A stretch of DNA of 60,600 bases, filler included, from 5 parts of 5 records of this genome joined end to end with filler, not necessarily neighbours in it; one strand, 5' to 3'. Shown: positions 42,002 to 52,659, counted from the first letter of the whole stretch. The notes: generated from the sequence alone by a model not told the origin. Numbers and translations are program-made.

Positions 42002-42742
42002 ATGATTAACACTCCAGATAATGCAGAACCTTCAAAGCCTATTTATTTTTCAGCACATGATATTCATGCATATTATGGAGAAAGCTATATCGTGCAAGGT
42101 GTATCGTTGAATGTGCATGAAGGTGAAATTTTAGCACTTTTAGGGAGAAATGGAGCAGGTAAAACTTCTACATTACGTGCAATTGCTCGCTTAGATGAGC
42201 CATCAGTAAATAAAGGTGAAATCTGGCTAGATCATCAACCCTTACATACAATGAAAGCTTGGGAAGCTGCTCAAGCAGGTATTTCTTTAGTCCCAGAAGA
42301 TCGAAGGATCATTCAAGGTTTAACTGTGGAAGAAAATTTGCAATTAGCACAAATTGAAAAACCAATTGGATGGTCCCTAGAGCGAATTTATGAATTATTT
42401 CCTCGTCTTGGTGAGCGTAGAAAACAAGAAGGAACAACACTTTCAGGCGGCGAACAACAAATGCTGGCTATCGGGCGAGCACTTGCACGGGATATAAAAT
42501 TATTACTCTTAGATGAGCCATATGAGGGTTTAGCACCTGTTATCGTTCAGGAAATTGAGAAAACCTTACGCCTTATTCGCGAGCAAGGAATTACTACTAT
42601 AATTGTAGAACAAAATGCTGTTGCTGCTTTAAAATTAGCAGATCGTGCGGTTATTCTTGATACTGGTGGTGTAGTATTCTCTGGGACAGCAAAAGAAGTT
42701 TTAGAAAATGAAGAATTGCGTCATGAGTATTTGGCAATTTAA
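42002..42742 (+). CDS. ABC transporter ATPase (LivF-like)
   Basis: GRNGAGKT, LSGGEQQMLAIGRAL and VEQN motifs. Confidence 0.93.
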   Translation: MINTPDNAEPSKPIYFSAHDIHAYYGESYIVQGVSLNVHEGEILALLGRNGAGKTSTLRAIARLDEPSVNKGEIWLDHQPLHTMKAWEAAQAGISLVPEDRRIIQGLTVEENLQLAQIEKPIGWSLERIYELFPRLGERRKQEGTTLSGGEQQMLAIGRALARDIKLLLLDEPYEGLAPVIVQEIEKTLRLIREQGITTIIVEQNAVAALKLADRAVILDTGGVVFSGTAKEVLENEELRHEYLAI

Positions 42743-42805
42743 AAAATTAATAGATTAAAGAATAATGATTAATCGATTTAGTATTTAAATCTTAAAGGTA
42801 ATAGT

Positions 42806-44743
42806 ATGACTGAAAAAGTATTCCAACCAACTCCAGATTTTGCAAAAAATGCTCATGCGAATAAAGAGAAATATGAATTAATGTATACTGAATCAGTCTC
42901 TAATCCAGATGCTTTTTGGGGTGAGCATGGCAAACGCATTGATTGGATTACTCCATTTACGAAAGTTAAAAATACTTCCTTTGAATATCCAAATATATCA
43001 ATCAAATGGTATGAAGATGGTGAATTGAATGTGTGTGAAAATTGCGTTGACAGACATCTTGAAACACGTGGAGACCAGACAGCAATAATATGGGAATCTG
43101 ATGATCCAAATATTGATAAGCATATTACATATAACCAGCTTCATGATCATGTAGCTCGATTAGCTAATGTGTATAAATCATTAGGTGTTGGAAAAGGCGA
43201 TAGAGTTATTTTATATATGCCAATGATTCCAGAAGCTGCATATGCAATGTTAGCGTGTGCTAGAATTGGTGCAATTCATTCCATAGTCTTTGGTGGATTT
43301 TCACCAGATGCGTTAGCTTCTAGAATATCTGATTGTAAAGCATCACTAGTTGTAACGGCTGATGAAGGCCCAAGAGGTGGGAAAAATATTCCACTGAAAA
43401 AAAATGTAGATGCCGCATTAGAAATATGTGGAGATGTTAAAACTTTAGTTGTTAGAAGAACTGGAAACAGCACTCCATATAGAGAAAACCGTGATTTTGA
43501 CTATGAAGAACTAGTTTCTGTTGCATCGAGTGATTGTCCAGTTGAAAAGATGAATGCTGAAGATCCTCTTTTTATTCTGTATACTTCTGGCTCTACAGGT
43601 AAACCAAAAGGTGTAGTACATTCCTCTGCTGGATATTTAGTATATGCGTCGATGACACATCAATATACTTTTGATTACCAAGAAGGTGACACATACTGGT
43701 GTACAGCAGATGTAGGCTGGATAACGGGGCACTCTTATATTGTTTATGGGCCATTGGCCAATGGTGCGACAACTTTGATGTTTGAAGGCACCCCGACATA
43801 CCCAGATGCATCACGTTTTTGGGCTGTTTGTGAGAAACATAAGGTTAACCAATTTTATACTGCGCCTACTGCAATTCGAGCTTTAATGGGTTTAGGGGAT
43901 GATTTAGTTTTAAAGCATAATTTATCTGATTTACGTGTACTTGGTACTGTAGGCGAACCAATAAACCCTGAAGCTTGGAATTGGTATAATGAAGTTGTTG
44001 GTAAGGGTGTTGTTCCTATTGTTGATACATGGTGGCAAACAGAAACCGGTGGCCATATGCTGACACCACTTCCAGGTGTTACTGCGACTAAGCCAGGCTC
44101 TGCTACAACACCATTTTTTGGAGTACAGCCGGTAATTTTAGATTCACAAACAGGTCAAGAAATTGAAGGAGCATGTGAAGGTGTTCTGGCGATTAAAGAA
44201 AGTTGGCCATCCCAAATGAGGACGGTCTATGGAGATCATGATCGTTTTGTCAAAACTTATTTTGAAGCTTATAAAGGTTATTACTTCACCGAAGATGGAT
44301 GCAAGCGTGATAAAGATGGTTACTATTGGATAACTGGGCGAGTGGATGATGTCTTGAATGTATCTGGTCACCGAATGGGAACTGCAGAAATTGAAAGTGC
44401 TTTGGTTGCACACAAAGATGTAGCTGAAGCTGCAGTTGTTGGATATCCACATGAAGTTAAAGGCCAAGGAATTTATTGTTATGTCACACTCAATGCGAGT
44501 GCAGAATACACTGAAGAACTGCGTACGGCTTTAAGAGGATGGGTGCGTCAGCAGATAGGGCCAATTGCTAGTCCTGATTATATCCAGTGGGCACCTGGTT
44601 TACCTAAAACAAGGTCAGGTAAAATAATGAGAAGAATATTGAGAAAAGTTGCTGAGAATGATTATAATTCATTGGGTGACATATCTACTTTAGCTGAGCC
44701 AGAAGTCGTAGAAAAACTTATTGAAAATCGTATGAATCGCTAA
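42806..44743 (+). CDS. acs: Acetyl-CoA synthetase
   Basis: [33 protein letters not shown] and [11 protein letters not shown] motifs. Confidence 0.97.
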   Translation: MTEKVFQPTPDFAKNAHANKEKYELMYTESVSNPDAFWGEHGKRIDWITPFTKVKNTSFEYPNISIKWYEDGELNVCENCVDRHLETRGDQTAIIWESDDPNIDKHITYNQLHDHVARLANVYKSLGVGKGDRVILYMPMIPEAAYAMLACARIGAIHSIVFGGFSPDALASRISDCKASLVVTADEGPRGGKNIPLKKNVDAALEICGDVKTLVVRRTGNSTPYRENRDFDYEELVSVASSDCPVEKMNAEDPLFILYTSGSTGKPKGVVHSSAGYLVYASMTHQYTFDYQEGDTYWCTADVGWITGHSYIVYGPLANGATTLMFEGTPTYPDASRFWAVCEKHKVNQFYTAPTAIRALMGLGDDLVLKHNLSDLRVLGTVGEPINPEAWNWYNEVVGKGVVPIVDTWWQTETGGHMLTPLPGVTATKPGSATTPFFGVQPVILDSQTGQEIEGACEGVLAIKESWPSQMRTVYGDHDRFVKTYFEAYKGYYFTEDGCKRDKDGYYWITGRVDDVLNVSGHRMGTAEIESALVAHKDVAEAAVVGYPHEVKGQGIYCYVTLNASAEYTEELRTALRGWVRQQIGPIASPDYIQWAPGLPKTRSGKIMRRILRKVAENDYNSLGDISTLAEPEVVEKLIENRMNR

Positions 44744-44768
44744 AATTAAACCATTAATTTTCCCACGT

Positions 44769-45539
44769 TTAAGTTCCATTAAATGTGGGTTTTCTTTTTT
44801 CTATAAAAGCCTTCATACCTTCTTTTTGATCATTAGTATCAAATAATGAATAAAATAAACTTCTCTCGTATTTTAAGCCTTGTTCTAATGTGAGGTTATC
44901 GCTTTTATGGATCGAATTAGTAATCATTGTTAATGCTGGCTTTGAATATTGGGATATAATTTCAGCAATACCCAAAGCATTTTCGACTAGTTCTTCATCC
45001 GGAAATATTCTAGCTATTAAACCACAATTAAGTGCTTCCTCAGCACCCATCATTCGTCCTGTCAGATGCATATCCATTGATTTTGCACGGCCTATTAGCT
45101 TAGTCATTCTTTGTGTTCCACCAATACCTGCAATAACACCAAGTTTTATTTCTGGTTGGCCAAATTTTGCACTTTCACCAGCCAATATATAATCGCACAT
45201 CATAGCAAGTTCACAACCACCCCCAAGCGCATATCCGTTCACGGCAGCTATTTTTGGCGTTTGCATATTTGCAAATAGTTCCCAGTCAGAAAAATATCTT
45301 CCTTCACGCATTTCTTTAGAAGATTTATCACACATTTCTTTGATATCTGCACCAGCGGCAAATGCTTTCATATTCCCTGTTAAGATTATGCAGGCTAGAT
45401 CTGGATCAGCATCCAAAGAAACAACATGCTCTAAGATTTCTTTTAAAACTTCCTTGTTTAGAGCATTCAATTCTTCAGGGCGATTTAGTTCTATTTTTAA
45501 TACTTTATCATAACGAGTAAGTCTTATTGTCTTTGGCAT
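44769..45539 (-). CDS. Enoyl-CoA hydratase
   Basis: AFAAGADIKEM, ALGGGCELA and FGQPEIKLG motifs. Confidence 0.92.
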   Translation of the reverse strand: MPKTIRLTRYDKVLKIELNRPEELNALNKEVLKEILEHVVSLDADPDLACIILTGNMKAFAAGADIKEMCDKSSKEMREGRYFSDWELFANMQTPKIAAVNGYALGGGCELAMMCDYILAGESAKFGQPEIKLGVIAGIGGTQRMTKLIGRAKSMDMHLTGRMMGAEEALNCGLIARIFPDEELVENALGIAEIISQYSKPALTMITNSIHKSDNLTLEQGLKYERSLFYSLFDTNDQKEGMKAFIEKRKPTFNGT

Positions 45540-45612
45540 TTTTTATCTCATAATTCTCTAATTTTTAGTTATTTTAAATTTTTTTATTGCCTGTAATTTA
45601 TGCTTAAAACAT

Positions 45613-47688
45613 TTAATCATCTTCAAAAAATACACGATCGTGTTTAAATGGATTATCGTAATCAATAGTTTCTTCTAACTCGCGTGCATATTTATGGCCT
45701 GCATAAATAGCTGCTGCAATAATTGCTGGTGCATCACAATCCCCTATCTTTTTTAAAGATTTGATAGTTGTACCTGGATAATTTTTCTCATGCATTAATA
45801 AACTATGATAAAGTTCATCATTTGGTTTTCGTGCGGTTACTAACACTATGGATTTTGCTGATATTGTTGATTTAGAATTAGTATATATGCATTCAAATTC
45901 TGCTTTTTTCCCATTAAAACTTTTTAAACTTTTTGCACAAATAATCTTAACTCCTAGCTTCATAAGATTTGATTGTGATCTCCATCTATCTGTTGTGTAT
46001 GCTCCCCAACTAGAAACCATATCCTGAGGAGTAACTATTGTTGTTGGTACACCTGAAGCTTTTATTTTTTCGGCTATAACAGATCCCATATAATAGTGAT
46101 CATCATCGTATATTATCGTTGGGCCATCAGGAAGATTCCCAGCCATGATATCATCGGGTGTAAATAAGTTTGGTGAATGCTTTAAACCATCAATTCCGTT
46201 TAAGTGAGTGCCTCCAAAACCGTCTCGACGCCATTCTGATCCTGTTGCAATAGCTATATGTTCAGCTCCGACCTCAATTATCTGGTCATGTGTCATTCTA
46301 CTTTCACGAAAAACTTCTATATTTGGAAGTTTCTCAATCTGTTGTAACCGATAGTCACGAACCCGAGCCCATTGGGATAAACCAGGTAGTTTGGCCTCAG
46401 TACTTACACGTCCACCTAATTCTCGACTTGCTTCTGTAAGCATTACTTTATAGCCGCGTTTTCCAAGTGCATGTGCAGCTTCCAATCCTGTTGGCCCTGC
46501 TCCAATTATTAGAACGCTTGAGTCACTTATTTTTTTGTTAATTTTTTCGGGATGCCAACCACTACGCCACTCTTCACTCATTGTAGGGTTTTGGGTGCAT
46601 CTAATAGGAACACCTTTGCCATCACCTACATAGCATATATTGCAACCGATACACTCGCGTATATCTTCAAATTTACCTTCTTGTATTTTTTTTGGAAGGA
46701 AAGGATCAGCAATTGATGGACGTGCTGCTCCTATCAAATCAACTATTCCCCCTTTTATTTGCGCTAGCATTGTATCTGGAGATGTAAAGCGACCCACAGT
46801 AACAACAGGCTTGGATGTGAGTTCTTTTATGCCTTTAACGTATGGCATTAATGAGGCTTCTTTAGTAAAGCGCGACAAACCCATTTCAAGAGAATAGTCA
46901 TTTATATTTATATCCCAAAGGTCAGGAAATTCGCCAAGTAAACCAAGAATTTCTTCTGTTTCTCCAGGAATAGGATTTCCATCACCGCCAGATTTATTAG
47001 CGTTTGTTTCTGCAGAGAATCTGACAGCAACTGCCATTGTATCACCAACTGCTTCTTTGGTGTCTTCAATAATTTCTCGCATAAACCGTATTCTATTGCC
47101 AAGACTTCCACCGTATTCATCTATTCTTTTATTTGTCGTAGGTGATAAGAATTGTGAGATTAAATATCCGTGAGTAGCGTATACATATACGATGTCAAAG
47201 CCAGCCTCTTTAGCACGCAAAGCCGCATTACGATGCCACATTCTAACATTTTTTATATCGCTTTTATCCATGGCTCGTGTTTGAAAAGGATTTCCACTAG
47301 TATTCATGAGGCTAGAAGGAGCAAGAGCAACTTCTCTTGTTGCAAGATTTGCCATTTGTGAGCCCCCAATAACAAGTTCCACACCAGCAAGAGCACCGTG
47401 AGCATGGACTTTTTCTGTCATCAAAGCATGAGATTTAATGTCTCCCTTGTCCCATAGGGAGGCACTTGGGTGGGGTGAGTCATCGCTTGAAGGATGGATG
47501 GAACAATATTCAGTATTAACAACCCCCCATCCACCTTCTGCTTTTACTTCACGTAAGCCAGCTAAAGTGCGGGGTTTATGCCAACCACTCCCTGTACAAT
47601 GAGGTACTTGGTAAAATCGATTTTTTGTAGTTACTGGGCCAATTTTTAATGGCTCAAATAAAATATCAAATCTTGGATCACGGGGCAC
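45613..47688 (-). CDS. Trimethylamine/histamine dehydrogenase family flavoprotein (cysteinyl-FMN, 4Fe-4S, ADP)
   Basis: NRFYQVPHC, KAEGGW..VNTEYCSI, YATHGY, ARPSIADP, CIGCNIC-x-CTQN and GAGPTG motifs. Confidence 0.9.
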   Translation of the reverse strand: MPRDPRFDILFEPLKIGPVTTKNRFYQVPHCTGSGWHKPRTLAGLREVKAEGGWGVVNTEYCSIHPSSDDSPHPSASLWDKGDIKSHALMTEKVHAHGALAGVELVIGGSQMANLATREVALAPSSLMNTSGNPFQTRAMDKSDIKNVRMWHRNAALRAKEAGFDIVYVYATHGYLISQFLSPTTNKRIDEYGGSLGNRIRFMREIIEDTKEAVGDTMAVAVRFSAETNANKSGGDGNPIPGETEEILGLLGEFPDLWDININDYSLEMGLSRFTKEASLMPYVKGIKELTSKPVVTVGRFTSPDTMLAQIKGGIVDLIGAARPSIADPFLPKKIQEGKFEDIRECIGCNICYVGDGKGVPIRCTQNPTMSEEWRSGWHPEKINKKISDSSVLIIGAGPTGLEAAHALGKRGYKVMLTEASRELGGRVSTEAKLPGLSQWARVRDYRLQQIEKLPNIEVFRESRMTHDQIIEVGAEHIAIATGSEWRRDGFGGTHLNGIDGLKHSPNLFTPDDIMAGNLPDGPTIIYDDDHYYMGSVIAEKIKASGVPTTIVTPQDMVSSWGAYTTDRWRSQSNLMKLGVKIICAKSLKSFNGKKAEFECIYTNSKSTISAKSIVLVTARKPNDELYHSLLMHEKNYPGTTIKSLKKIGDCDAPAIIAAAIYAGHKYARELEETIDYDNPFKHDRVFFEDD

Positions 47689-47740
47689 AAAGTTATCCTA
47701 TCATATTAAATAATCTAGTGTAATTGTAGTGTTCCATTTC

Positions 47741-47756
47741 TTGACTTATCAGTCAA
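47741..47756. promoter_or_regulatory. Palindromic operator in the divergent promoter
   Basis: TTGACT-TATC-AGTCAA, a perfect 6-bp inverted repeat about 50 bp upstream of the dehydrogenase start. Confidence 0.55.
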
Positions 47757-47914
47757 TATTTTGAATACTTTCCCTAAATGCTTTAATTAATATTTTATAA
47801 GTTGATGAGGAAAAGAACGTTAGACACAGATGTGTTTTTTACCTTTTCGTGAGCAGAAAGATTACATTTATCAAAAAGATTATTGATAAAATAATTTGAA
47901 TAAAAGGATAAAAA

Positions 47915-49342
47915 ATGTCAAATTTGGATAAGTATTATATTAATGGTAAATGGGTTTTACCGCTTTCAAGAACTACTATGGATGTGATTAATCCTGCCAA
48001 TGAAGATCATATTGGGAAGATAATTCTTGCAAATGAATTGGACGTAAACCTTGCAGTAGAAGCAGCTAAATCAGCTTTTCCAAGTTTTTCTCAAACTTCA
48101 AAAGAAGAACGCTTAGAACTATTAAGAGCTTTACTAGAAATTTCAAAGAAGAGATTGCCGGAATTAGCCAAAGTTATTTCTCTGGAGATGGGTGCACCAA
48201 TGACAATGTCGTTGGAGTTGCAGGCAGATGCTGCTGTTGGTCATTTAGAAGGATATATTGATGCTTTGATAGACCAAAAGGAACATGAAAAACTTTCTAA
48301 TGGTGATATGCAAGTACGTGAGCCTGTAGGTATTTGTGGTTTAATTACACCTTGGAATTGGCCTGTTAATCAGATTGCCTTAAAGGCCCTTCCAGCGTTA
48401 GCTGCGGGCTGTACTTGTGTATTAAAGCCATCTGAATTCACCCCACTTTCATCAGTGATGTATTCTGAAATGATACATGACGCTGGTTTCCCTCCTGGAG
48501 TTTTTAACATGATACAAGGTGATGGGCCGCTAGCTGGTGCAACTCTTTCAAAGCATCCAGATATAGCAATGATGTCATTTACAGGATCTACTCGTGCTGG
48601 TTCATCGGTCTCTAAAGATGCTGCTGACAGTATTAAGCGTGTTGCATTAGAGCTTGGTGGAAAATCACCTAACATTGTTTTTGCTGATTGCAATCTTGAA
48701 GAGCGAATTTCAGGATCAATTGAAGAATGTTATATAAATACAGGACAATCTTGTGATGCGCCTACACGGCTTCTTGTTGAAAGAAGTTGTTATCAACAAG
48801 TTTTAGAAATTGCAAAACGATTAGGTGAAGCAGTTAAAGTTGATGACCCAGCTATAGAAGGTAATCATTTAGGGCCTCTCGTAAGTGATATTCAATACGG
48901 CCGGGTTCAGGCTATGATTGAAAAAGGAATTAAAGAAGGTGCAACTTTATTAGTTGGAGGTCTTGGACGGCCTGAGGGATTTGAAAAAGGGTATTGGGTT
49001 CGACCAACTATATTTGCGGATGCACATAATAAAATGGCAATTGCTCAAGAAGAAATATTTGGTCCTGTTTTAACTATAATTCCATTCGATAGTGAGGAAG
49101 AAGCCATTGAGATTGCAAATGACACTCCTTATGGCTTAGCTGGTTATGTGCAATCAGGTGACATCAAGAGAGCGGAGCGTATTGCAAAAAAACTACGGGT
49201 GGGAATGGTTCATATAAATGGGGGTGGATTTAATTACGGCTCACCTTTTGGAGGGTACAAACAATCTGGTAATGGTCGAGAAGGTGGTATAATTGGAATT
49301 GAGGATTTCCAGGAAGTAAAAACATTACATTATCCCGAATGA
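47915..49342 (+). CDS. NAD(P)-dependent aldehyde dehydrogenase
   Basis: ITPWNWP, KPSE, FTGST, LELGGKSP, catalytic GQSC, EEIFGPV and PFGGYKQSG.GRE motifs. Confidence 0.95.
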   Translation: MSNLDKYYINGKWVLPLSRTTMDVINPANEDHIGKIILANELDVNLAVEAAKSAFPSFSQTSKEERLELLRALLEISKKRLPELAKVISLEMGAPMTMSLELQADAAVGHLEGYIDALIDQKEHEKLSNGDMQVREPVGICGLITPWNWPVNQIALKALPALAAGCTCVLKPSEFTPLSSVMYSEMIHDAGFPPGVFNMIQGDGPLAGATLSKHPDIAMMSFTGSTRAGSSVSKDAADSIKRVALELGGKSPNIVFADCNLEERISGSIEECYINTGQSCDAPTRLLVERSCYQQVLEIAKRLGEAVKVDDPAIEGNHLGPLVSDIQYGRVQAMIEKGIKEGATLLVGGLGRPEGFEKGYWVRPTIFADAHNKMAIAQEEIFGPVLTIIPFDSEEEAIEIANDTPYGLAGYVQSGDIKRAERIAKKLRVGMVHINGGGFNYGSPFGGYKQSGNGREGGIIGIEDFQEVKTLHYPE

Positions 49343-49434
49343 AACTTTTACAATATTCAGGAATAATAATGTCTTAAATATTTGATGAATGATTATTTTT
49401 TAAAGATTGAGTCAAAGTCTAAAGTGAGAAATTT

Positions 49435-50784
49435 TTGAACAAGCAAACATCAAATTATAAAATGATTAATGAAAGGGCTAGCCGAGAATTTTTTCGTTTT
49501 GCTTTTCCATCTGTATTTGGGATGATTGCAATTTCGTCTGCAATAGTTGTTGATGGAATATTTATTGGAAATTTTGTTGGTGCGATACCACTTGCTTCTG
49601 TAAATCTTATAATGCCTTTCATTACTGTAGTTTGGGGCGTTATATTGATGTTTGCGAGTGGGTCAGCAGTAATTGCTGGTAAGTATTTAGGTGAAGATAA
49701 CCCTAATAGCGCATGTGATATATTTTCTAAAACAGTTGTAGTTATTTTATTTGCTATGATATTATTATCAATAATTTCATATTTCTCTCCAGAATATATA
49801 TCCTTTTTACTTGGTGCTAGAAACGAAACATTAGCTATGTGCGTGGAGTACTTAAAAAACATTGCTTGGTTTTATCCCATATTTGGGTTTGCTGTTTTAA
49901 TGAGTTATTTTTTAAGAATTGATGGTAGGCCTATATATGCATTTTGTGGGTTATTAAGTACGACAATAGCTAATATCTTACTTGATTATATTTTTGTTGC
50001 GCGGCTGGATTTAGGTCTTAAAGGTGCTGCTCTTGCTACTGGGCTTGCTTTTGTTATTGGCATGACTGTGGTCTTACCACATTTTCTGGGGAAGTATGGA
50101 TCAATTAAATTTATTTTACCCCATGGATCGTGGCGTGAAATACCTCGTGCTGCTTTTAATGGTTTCTCGGAGTTTTTGACGGAAACTTCTGCTGGATTTA
50201 TAGTATTAGTATTTAATTGGATACTGATAACTAATATTGGTTCAATGGGTGTAGCAGCATTTACAGTAGTTGATTATTTAATGTATTTTTCCATGTTGAT
50301 ATTTTATGGCGTTGGCGATGGAATATCCCCCTTGGTAAGTGTAAACTTTGGAGCAAAAAAACCAGATAGAATTTTTACTTTTTTCAAGATGGGTTTACTT
50401 ACAAATTTAATCATTGCTGCGTTTGTAACAGTTTTACTATTATCTTTAAGTGAAGAAATGGTGGGTATCTTTTTGCCTTCAGGGGAAGAAGATATATCTA
50501 AATTATCAATTTCAATTGTTTCAATTGTATGGCCTATGTTAATTTTTGCAGGTGTTAATGTCGCATTTATAAGTTATTTTACTGGTATGCATTGTGCTAA
50601 AGAATCAGCTTTAATTGCGCTTGCGCGTTCAATTATTTTCCCCATTTTATTGATACTACTATTTTGGAATTTATTTGGATTTATGTCAGCGTTTTATGCA
50701 CTGCCTGTTTCTGAATTATGTGTCTTTATCATGAGTATATTTATATTTAAAAACCGACTACCCAAAAATTTAATAAATGTTTAA
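49435..50784 (+). CDS. MATE family efflux transporter
   Basis: About 12 TM segments; VDGIFIG, NI.LDY.F....LG..GAA.AT and S.NFGA motifs; the start may be ATG 49462. Confidence 0.88.
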   Translation: MNKQTSNYKMINERASREFFRFAFPSVFGMIAISSAIVVDGIFIGNFVGAIPLASVNLIMPFITVVWGVILMFASGSAVIAGKYLGEDNPNSACDIFSKTVVVILFAMILLSIISYFSPEYISFLLGARNETLAMCVEYLKNIAWFYPIFGFAVLMSYFLRIDGRPIYAFCGLLSTTIANILLDYIFVARLDLGLKGAALATGLAFVIGMTVVLPHFLGKYGSIKFILPHGSWREIPRAAFNGFSEFLTETSAGFIVLVFNWILITNIGSMGVAAFTVVDYLMYFSMLIFYGVGDGISPLVSVNFGAKKPDRIFTFFKMGLLTNLIIAAFVTVLLLSLSEEMVGIFLPSGEEDISKLSISIVSIVWPMLIFAGVNVAFISYFTGMHCAKESALIALARSIIFPILLILLFWNLFGFMSAFYALPVSELCVFIMSIFIFKNRLPKNLINV

Positions 50785-50791
50785 ATTAGAA

Positions 50792-51139
50792 TTAAGCGTC
50801 TAAATATACAACGATCAAGCAGCCGTTTGGGGAATATGAAGTATGTTCCGTCCCTTTCCTAAGCCAAACTAAATCACCAGGCCCATATTTGGTTCCATCA
50901 TGATCTACCAGATCACCTTCGATAATATAAAATTCTTCGTCACTTTGGTGTTTATGAGCAACTGTAGTTTGTCCCGGTGTCATACGATATATGTGAAAAC
51001 CGCTTCCAAGTGGTTTGCTATCGCCTAGTTGTAAAACTGATCCATCTTCGATCCCATCACTGATAAAGGGGATATAATCTGCACTTTTAACATTTACGAC
51101 GCGTCTATCTTCTGATGCGATTGGTTTTAACTTTCCCAT
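50792..51139 (-). CDS. Single-domain cupin (ChrR-like)
   Basis: HKH..DEEFYIIEG...and PGD......GTEH metal-binding cupin motifs. Confidence 0.85.
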   Translation of the reverse strand: MGKLKPIASEDRRVVNVKSADYIPFISDGIEDGSVLQLGDSKPLGSGFHIYRMTPGQTTVAHKHQSDEEFYIIEGDLVDHDGTKYGPGDLVWLRKGTEHTSYSPNGCLIVVYLDA

Positions 51140-51167
51140 AATGACCTCTTTCAGTTCTATTTAAACA

Positions 51168-52421
51168 CTAATTTGAATTATCGACTGCCAAGATTTTTGC
51201 AGCAACTTCTATACCACTTAGATATGCACCATGAACTGTTGCTTGAGAGTTTGACATTGTCGCTTCACCCGCAAAAAATAATCGATCATCTAATGTTTCG
51301 GCTAAAATCTCTCGTGCTCCAAATCCACCGGGTAATGCATAACTATATGAACCATATGAGTTTATATTACTTTTCCAAGCAGTTTCTGTAGTTTTATTTA
51401 TAAATTTGGTAATGTCATTCCCAAAGATTGATTTCAGCGCTTCAGAGCAAAAGCTTGTTGCTGCACCTGGACCATCCATTTCTAATTGTTCAGCAAAGCG
51501 ACCAGCTACAAAGCCAACAGCGATATTACTGTCATAGAATCCAAAATCTATTGAGCAGAAGTCATTTTCTCCCACAAGATAATCAGCACTTTGACCTTGG
51601 TGAGCTTCTCGCCATTTTATATTAAATTCAAACCCAATTTTGTTTAGCAGACCGTTGGGTAAATTGTTAATGGCATCTTTTTTTCTTGGAGGTAACTTTG
51701 GAAAAAATTTAATTTTATTCTGGGATAGGACACCAGTAGAAACTGTTAATACTGCATAAGTTGCACTTATTACTCCATCTGGTGTTTCAACTTTTACACC
51801 ATTTGAAGAATAATCAATTTTTTTGGCAGCACAATTAGTAATTACTTCAATATCTTTATATAAATATTTTATGAAAGCGCCTAATCCATTTTCTACTAGC
51901 CAATCACCTTCTGTATTTGTGAAATGAAATACATCATGAGCTGAACATACATCTGGATCTGCCCCCATCATTGGAGCTATTTGATTTCTCGCAATATCTC
52001 GCCATTTTGCTTCTGGAAGTGATTTCTCAATTGATTGATCTTTCTTGTTTTTTCCTGCTTTATTTATATTTTGCCACATATCTTCAATGTACTGGCTATA
52101 TTCTTTTGCTTGTTTTGAAGAAAGGTTTGCACCATTAGAATGTACCCAAGTATGTGACCAGTTTTTTTTATGTAACTTAAAATTATTTTGAACTGCAATC
52201 TCTGCTAATGGATTCGTAACTGCTGAATGAAGCCACGATCCTCCAATATCAAACGGAATATCGAAAACAGAATTGTCAGTCACGCATCTACCACCAATAT
52301 GGTTGGCCGCTTCAATTACAATCACAGAATAACCAATATCTTTTAGAGATTTGGCTGCTGATAGGCCAGAAGTGCCAGCACCAATTACAACAACATCTGA
52401 ATTGAGTGGGGTTAAGGCCAT
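51168..52421 (-). CDS. Flavin monoamine oxidase family protein
   Basis: GAGTSGL, EA...IGGR, GGSWLH, GSYSY and FFAGEAT..ATVHGAY.SG motifs. Confidence 0.9.
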   Translation of the reverse strand: MALTPLNSDVVVIGAGTSGLSAAKSLKDIGYSVIVIEAANHIGGRCVTDNSVFDIPFDIGGSWLHSAVTNPLAEIAVQNNFKLHKKNWSHTWVHSNGANLSSKQAKEYSQYIEDMWQNINKAGKNKKDQSIEKSLPEAKWRDIARNQIAPMMGADPDVCSAHDVFHFTNTEGDWLVENGLGAFIKYLYKDIEVITNCAAKKIDYSSNGVKVETPDGVISATYAVLTVSTGVLSQNKIKFFPKLPPRKKDAINNLPNGLLNKIGFEFNIKWREAHQGQSADYLVGENDFCSIDFGFYDSNIAVGFVAGRFAEQLEMDGPGAATSFCSEALKSIFGNDITKFINKTTETAWKSNINSYGSYSYALPGGFGAREILAETLDDRLFFAGEATMSNSQATVHGAYLSGIEVAAKILAVDNSN

Positions 52422-52434
52422 AGAAACATAATCA

Positions 52435-52659
52435 TCATAACTTAATCTTTAAATTTGGCACTTTCTCAAACTCAGCCAAATCGATAGGATCTTCATTATC
52501 GAATTTGCAACACCTTCTATAAATTTCAAGCATTGCTTCTGATAATATGCCTTGATTGTAAAAGTACATTGCAGCACCATACCTTGCATAACCTGAACCA
52601 GAAATACCAAGTTTGCTGTTAAGTAGTTCTTGTTGCATTTTTTTTTCATTTGTATTCAT
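52435..52659 (-). CDS. Small conserved-looking hypothetical protein (74 aa)
   Basis: ATG overlaps the upstream stop; SG.ARYGAAMYFY..G.LS...LE.YR.CCK.D.EDP. Confidence 0.65.
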   Translation of the reverse strand: MNTNEKKMQQELLNSKLGISGSGYARYGAAMYFYNQGILSEAMLEIYRRCCKFDNEDPIDLAEFEKVPNLKIKL

